This document shows positions 59,601-64,000 of a stretch of DNA of 64,000 nucleotides, piece after piece. The notes beneath the pieces are model-generated. The model was not told the DNA's origin. It did no database searches and was given only the letters and a program-made list of their open reading frames with translations. Where the stretch lies: positions 1-64,000 of the forward strand of contig CAVPOM010000003.1 in assembly GCA_963707025.1 (NCBI GenBank), read 5' to 3'. Within the stretch, counting starts at the first letter, position 1. Each line of letters opens with the position of its first letter. The position numbers and the translations under genes were made by a program. The stretch comes from an uncultured Verrucomicrobiae bacterium (lineage in GTDB: Bacteria; Verrucomicrobiota; Verrucomicrobiia; Limisphaerales; Palsa-1400).

Positions 59601-62600
59601 ATGACCTTTTTGCCGATTGTTGAGCGGGAGTTGCGTGTGGCCGCGCGCAAGAAGGGAACATACTTGACGCGGGTTGGCGTGGGCATGGGGGCGATGGTGC
59701 TGGGCGGGATCGCGGGCCTGGTCGCCCTCTACAACCCGCCCGTCCGGTTCGGCACGCTTTATTTCCAAACGCTCTCCGGGCTGGCCATGCTCTACTGCCT
59801 GGGGGCGGGGCGGTTTTTGACGGCGGATTGCCTGAGCGTGGAAAAGCGGGAGGAAACAATGGGGTTGCTCTTCTTGACTGACTTGAAGGGGTATGACGTG
59901 GTGCTGGGCAAGATGGCGGCGACATCGCTCAACGGACTGTATGCCTTGCTGGCCGTGCTGCCCGTGCTGGCCATCACGCTGGTGACGGGGGGCATCACCT
60001 ACGGGGAGTTCTGGCGGGTGGCCCTGGTGCTCCTGGACACATTCCTGTTTTCGCTGGCGGTCGGGATTTTTGCCTCGGCGCTGACGCGGGAGTTTCGGTC
60101 GGCGATGGCGCTGAATTTTTACGTGCTGCTGGGGCTGGCGGGCTTGCTGCCGGCGGTGGCGGGATTGCTGCTCTTTTTCCATCCGTCCAGCGCGCCGGCG
60201 GAGGGTTTGTTTCTGCCCTGTCCGGTCTATACGCTGGTGCTGGCGTTTGACGCCCTTTACAAGAGCGAGGCGGCGCAATTCTGGTCGTCCGCGGCCTTCA
60301 TTCTGGCGATGTCGTGGCTGTTGCTGGCGCTGGCCTGCCAGATGGCGCCGCGGTCGTGGCAGGCCAAACCGGCGGCGCGGGAGAAGAAGGGCTCCCAGCG
60401 GGAGAAACTCTTTCGGGAGCGATTGCTGGATCAGAACGCCTATTACTGGCTGGCGGCGCGCCCGTGGTGGAAGGCGCGCCTGGTGTGGGCGGTGATCGGG
60501 CTGGCGTTGTGCTGGCTGGGGATCATGGTGTTTTCTGTCGGCTGGCTGGATGAATCCATCTGCCTGGTGGTGGCCTTTACGCTGAACGTGGCCCTTAAAT
60601 TCTGGATCACGCTGGAGGCCGGGCAAAGGACGGCGGAGGACGCGAAAAGCGGGGCGTTTGAACTGTTGCTGTCCACACCGTTGGCGGCGCGGGACTTTGT
60701 GCATGGACAAATGCTGGCCTTGCGGCGCCAGTTTCTCAAGCCGCTCGTGGTGGCGGCGGGCCTGGAGTTTTTTTTCATGTTCGCGTTGCTGACGGCCCCG
60801 GCTCATCTCCGGAGCTTCACACCGGGCTTGGTCTTTTGGCTTTGGATGGCGGGGATTGTGATGCTGGCGGCGGACGCGGCGACCTTGAGTGTGGTGGCGA
60901 TGGCGGCGGGGTTGACGGAAAAGAACCAGACGACGGCCTTGCTGAAAACCGTGCGGCTGGTGCTGGTGCTGCCGTGGGCGCTGTGGGCCGGGCTGGCGGC
61001 TGTGGAGCGGGCGTGGAGTTTTCTGACGGATGACCGGATCCCCGGCTGGGGGTTCGATCTGGTCTGTTGGTTTGAGATTGGGCTGGGGTTGGATTTGCTG
61101 ATTGGCTGGAGGACGTGGCGCCGGTTGACAGGGAGTTTTCGGGAATTGGCGCTGCGCCGGTTTGAGTCGGCGCCACCGCCAGCGGGTGCGCGCGCCAGGT
61201 GCGCGGCGATGGGCCGCGTCATCAGGGACAACGTTCGGAGGCATCCGCGGAACCGGAAATGGGCGGTGCGACTGGCGACGGTGCTGGTGATTGGCGCGGC
61301 GGCAGGGGTGTGGGAGAGCAACCGCTCGCACGATCCACCGCCGGAGGTTGTATTGACAGGTCCCGCCGATGGAACCCCGCTCCAGGCCGTGGCCGCAGGG
61401 CAGGGCGTGTTTCTGATTCTGCCGGACGGATCGTTGTGGCGGTGGGGACTGACCGAAGGCACCAACCGGGCCGTCCTGCCGGAGCGAGTGGGGACCAATC
61501 GGGATTGGAGGACGGTTTCGGTCAACGGCAACCAGCGCCTGGGCGTGCGCCGCGATGGGACTCTGTGGGAGTGGCAAGGCAACGGCACCCCCACCCAAGT
61601 GGGCGCGGACAAAGACTGGGTGGAGGCCGCTTCCTCCGCAACGGCCCCATACAGGGCGGCGCGGAAAAAGGACGGGACGTTGTGGGCGTGGGGCGACGTC
61701 GCGCTCAGGGGGACCCTGCTCCCGTCACCGCCGGTCTGGATTCCAGCGCCAGCGGCAACCAACCATTTTTGGAAGGCGACCGAAGATTTCGGCCTCCCTC
61801 GGGCCGCTCCGCTTGCGGCGGGGACAAACCTTTTCGGGAATGCGGCCGGTTCGCCAGGGGCCGCTCCCATTCCCGCCCCGGTCACGATCAGAAGGGGACG
61901 AGGGCTGCCCCCAGGAACCATCCTGCGGGCACGAGGGGGCTTGGGCTTTTACAATCTGGCGGTGGATGCAGATGGCACGTTGTGGGTGTGGGGAACGGTC
62001 ACCGTGGCCTCCGGAAATGGAAGCGGACCGGCGACGTATTCGGCGAACTCTTACCCGGATCCAATCCAGGTTTGCCGGGAAACCAATTGGGTTGGGTTCA
62101 CCTTGGAAATGCCCCAAAACAATCAAGGCCAGTTATGGAATCTGTTCGCCGCGCCGCCCAATCCAGCGGAGTCAATCAAGGCGATTGGCAATGTCTTCCG
62201 TACCCAGACGCCGGTGCAGGTGGGGACAAACCGGGACTGGATGGCGGTCGAAGCGAGAGGGAACCTCCTCCTGGGCCTGCGGACGGACAGCACTCTCTGG
62301 AGTTGGGGAGATCGCCCGGTGAGCACTGGCGGGCCGTTTGGCGCATTAAAAAGCTTTTCAATACCCCTGCCCACACAGATCTGCTCGGAAACCGATTGGA
62401 CGGGGTTCGACCGGACTTTTGGCACGCCTTTGGCACGAAATAAATCCGGCGAGCTTTGGATTCCCATGTCCGGCATTAACACAGCCGCCGTCCCCAACGC
62501 CGCCACCTCCATCAGTTTAACCGGCAGTCTTTTTGCTCACAATTCCCCGTCCAACCAGCCAGCGCCGCCCCTCCAACCCTTTGGCGCCGGTCCGTCCCAT

Positions 62601-63032
62601 TATGAAGCCCACCCGGATGGCACGCTGTGGGTGCGCCCGATCGAATCTGGCGGCCTGGCCCGAGACAGATTGATGCGGGAAGCGCAGCTCGCCGGTCCTT
62701 ACTTCACCGCCATGCAAGGCCTCGCCGGAGCCAGATTGATCGGGGAAGCGCGGCGTGCCGATCCACGGACCGACTGGCTGGCCGTGGCCAGTACCTGGAA
62801 CGCAACCTTTGGATTGACAGCCGATGGCACGCTGTGGACCTGGGGATGGAACCTTGGAGAGAAACCGAGGGTGGAGACGCGATCCCGGATCGAGACGGCG
62901 AGACTGCGGGCGGCAGCGGCGCTGGGCATGAGGTCTCCCGGGCAGAGGATGCCAACGAGCGCCCCGCCGACTTACCCCGTCCAGCAAAAGCCGCGGGCGC
63001 TCATGAGGTTGGCGCCGGAAAAGGGCAATTGA
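59601..63032 (+). CDS. ABC-2-type permease fused to RCC1-like repeats
   Basis: MTFLPIVERELRVAAR, DCLSVEKREETMGLLFLT, SGAFELLLSTPL, many TM helices; repeated DG(T/S)LW.WG and P.QVG..DW motifs in the C-terminal half. Confidence 0.8.
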   Translation: MTFLPIVERELRVAARKKGTYLTRVGVGMGAMVLGGIAGLVALYNPPVRFGTLYFQTLSGLAMLYCLGAGRFLTADCLSVEKREETMGLLFLTDLKGYDVVLGKMAATSLNGLYALLAVLPVLAITLVTGGITYGEFWRVALVLLDTFLFSLAVGIFASALTREFRSAMALNFYVLLGLAGLLPAVAGLLLFFHPSSAPAEGLFLPCPVYTLVLAFDALYKSEAAQFWSSAAFILAMSWLLLALACQMAPRSWQAKPAAREKKGSQREKLFRERLLDQNAYYWLAARPWWKARLVWAVIGLALCWLGIMVFSVGWLDESICLVVAFTLNVALKFWITLEAGQRTAEDAKSGAFELLLSTPLAARDFVHGQMLALRRQFLKPLVVAAGLEFFFMFALLTAPAHLRSFTPGLVFWLWMAGIVMLAADAATLSVVAMAAGLTEKNQTTALLKTVRLVLVLPWALWAGLAAVERAWSFLTDDRIPGWGFDLVCWFEIGLGLDLLIGWRTWRRLTGSFRELALRRFESAPPPAGARARCAAMGRVIRDNVRRHPRNRKWAVRLATVLVIGAAAGVWESNRSHDPPPEVVLTGPADGTPLQAVAAGQGVFLILPDGSLWRWGLTEGTNRAVLPERVGTNRDWRTVSVNGNQRLGVRRDGTLWEWQGNGTPTQVGADKDWVEAASSATAPYRAARKKDGTLWAWGDVALRGTLLPSPPVWIPAPAATNHFWKATEDFGLPRAAPLAAGTNLFGNAAGSPGAAPIPAPVTIRRGRGLPPGTILRARGGLGFYNLAVDADGTLWVWGTVTVASGNGSGPATYSANSYPDPIQVCRETNWVGFTLEMPQNNQGQLWNLFAAPPNPAESIKAIGNVFRTQTPVQVGTNRDWMAVEARGNLLLGLRTDSTLWSWGDRPVSTGGPFGALKSFSIPLPTQICSETDWTGFDRTFGTPLARNKSGELWIPMSGINTAAVPNAATSISLTGSLFAHNSPSNQPAPPLQPFGAGPSHYEAHPDGTLWVRPIESGGLARDRLMREAQLAGPYFTAMQGLAGARLIGEARRADPRTDWLAVASTWNATFGLTADGTLWTWGWNLGEKPRVETRSRIETARLRAAAALGMRSPGQRMPTSAPPTYPVQQKPRALMRLAPEKGN

Positions 63033-63052
63033 ATCAGAGGCAAACGGACGCT

Positions 63053-63148
63053 GGGCGGTTTAAGAAATTGTGTAGCCCTAAATGAGGATGGTAGGGCGCG
63101 CACTCGGTGCGCGCCGCGGCGGGGCCCGATAATTCGGGACCCGCCCCT
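63053..63148. repeat. Partial copy of the 17631-17760 MITE/REP family
   Basis: GGGCGGTTTAAGAAATTGTGTAGCC...GGTAGGGCGCGCACTCGGTGCGCGCCGCGGCGG aligns with the reverse complement of 17665-17760. Confidence 0.75.
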
Positions 63149-63213
63149 GTTAAAAAGGCCATCACAGAAGCCGCGTATCGGGACGGGCCGCCTGCCAATT
63201 TCGCAGCACTGCC

Positions 63214-64000
63214 TCATTTGAACCCCACGCGGTAATACCGCGACGCGTTGGTTGCCTTGTTGTCGGTGAAGAAGTGAACGAGGCCGTCCCCGACGATGTT
63301 GGTCAACGGCTGCCAATCCGGTGGCGATAGTGAGGTTGTGTATTGGACAATGTTGGTCAGCCCAGTGGTGGTTTGGAAGCCGAAGCTCAAGGTCTTGTCC
63401 GTAAAGGACGGTGATTGCAGCGAGGGATTGTTGGCCGCGACGAGCGTCACCAGGTTCGGGCTGTACTGAGGCACCAAAACAACGCCGCCGGCTGGATTGC
63501 CAGCCAACGATGCAAAAACCCCATTGATCTGCGCGTTGGTCCAGATAACGAAGGATTGGCCGACCGTTGGAACAAACCCACCGTCGAAGTTAACGGTGAG
63601 TCCCAAGTTGTTGAGCCAAGCCTGGCCGCCAGCGCCACTAAGCTGGCTAAATTGGAGGCCGGGCGCCGTTCCGGCGATGTCCACCGCCAATTGCGCGCCG
63701 GGGTCGTTTGTCAGCGTTCCGAAACCGATGGTCAAAATCCCCGGGGAGTCGCCCGGATGGATCGTGCCGGAATTGACGACCGAGCCGCTCACGGTGCCCG
63801 TCCCCTCCAGGACGCCGCCCCGCATATCGAAAGTGTGTCCGAACGCACCCGAAACGGTGAGCGTTGCTCCGGGTTGCACCTGGGTGGCGCCTGCGGTTTG
63901 AGTCAGTTGTTGTTCGAAGATCATCGAGTAGGGGTTGACCACGAGGAGGCCGCTGTTGGTGACGTTCCAATTGATCTGGGCGGTAAGATTGGCCGGGCCG
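63214..64000 (-). CDS. C-terminal part of a large surface protein (5'-truncated by window edge)
   Basis: Frame is open to the window end; GGVLEGTGTV.G.VVNSGTI.PG.SPG.LTI passenger-like motif; C-terminal VQYTTSL..PDWQPL...YYRV. Confidence 0.8.
   Translation of the reverse strand, partial: GPANLTAQINWNVTNSGLLVVNPYSMIFEQQLTQTAGATQVQPGATLTVSGAFGHTFDMRGGVLEGTGTVSGSVVNSGTIHPGDSPGILTIGFGTLTNDPGAQLAVDIAGTAPGLQFSQLSGAGGQAWLNNLGLTVNFDGGFVPTVGQSFVIWTNAQINGVFASLAGNPAGGVVLVPQYSPNLVTLVAANNPSLQSPSFTDKTLSFGFQTTTGLTNIVQYTTSLSPPDWQPLTNIVGDGLVHFFTDNKATNASRYYRVGFK

Overview
GC-rich bacterial chromosomal window, most likely from a Verrucomicrobiota (Pedosphaera-like) genome; this is inferred from prepilin/H-X9-DG proteins, shared (F/Y)YR C-terminal surface domains and the repeat families. 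It contains housekeeping genes (hisA, amtB-glnK, iscS, dnaN, udg, pruA, proC, gmk, yicC, ftsY, nusB), glycoside hydrolases (GH51, GH35, GH43), two-component and ECF-sigma regulators, and about eight toxin-antitoxin modules or remnants. The most notable material is mobile DNA tied to intergenic repeats. (1) A complete IS4-family element (48161-50063) carries a second, divergent small gene; both genes stop inside the terminal inverted repeats, a perfect 26-bp palindrome lies between their starts, and the element sits inside a 110-bp REP-doublet repeat with a 12-bp target duplication. (2) A group II intron (10858-12814, minus strand) has an EBS1 loop that matches a short tandem-repeat unit at its insertion site. 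(3) Several MITE/REP families occur, including a triple-nested 30-bp unit and a REP inserted in-frame in menG/ubiE. Also seen: a convergent DUF1778/GNAT TA pair, a probable oriC unwinding element upstream of dnaN with no dnaA nearby, a DHp-only mini-protein in an ECF operon, an ABC-permease/RCC1-repeat fusion, and a widespread leaderless-promoter signature. Four single-base frameshifts in short homopolymers are probably assembly errors. All family names come from motif recognition, not database searches.
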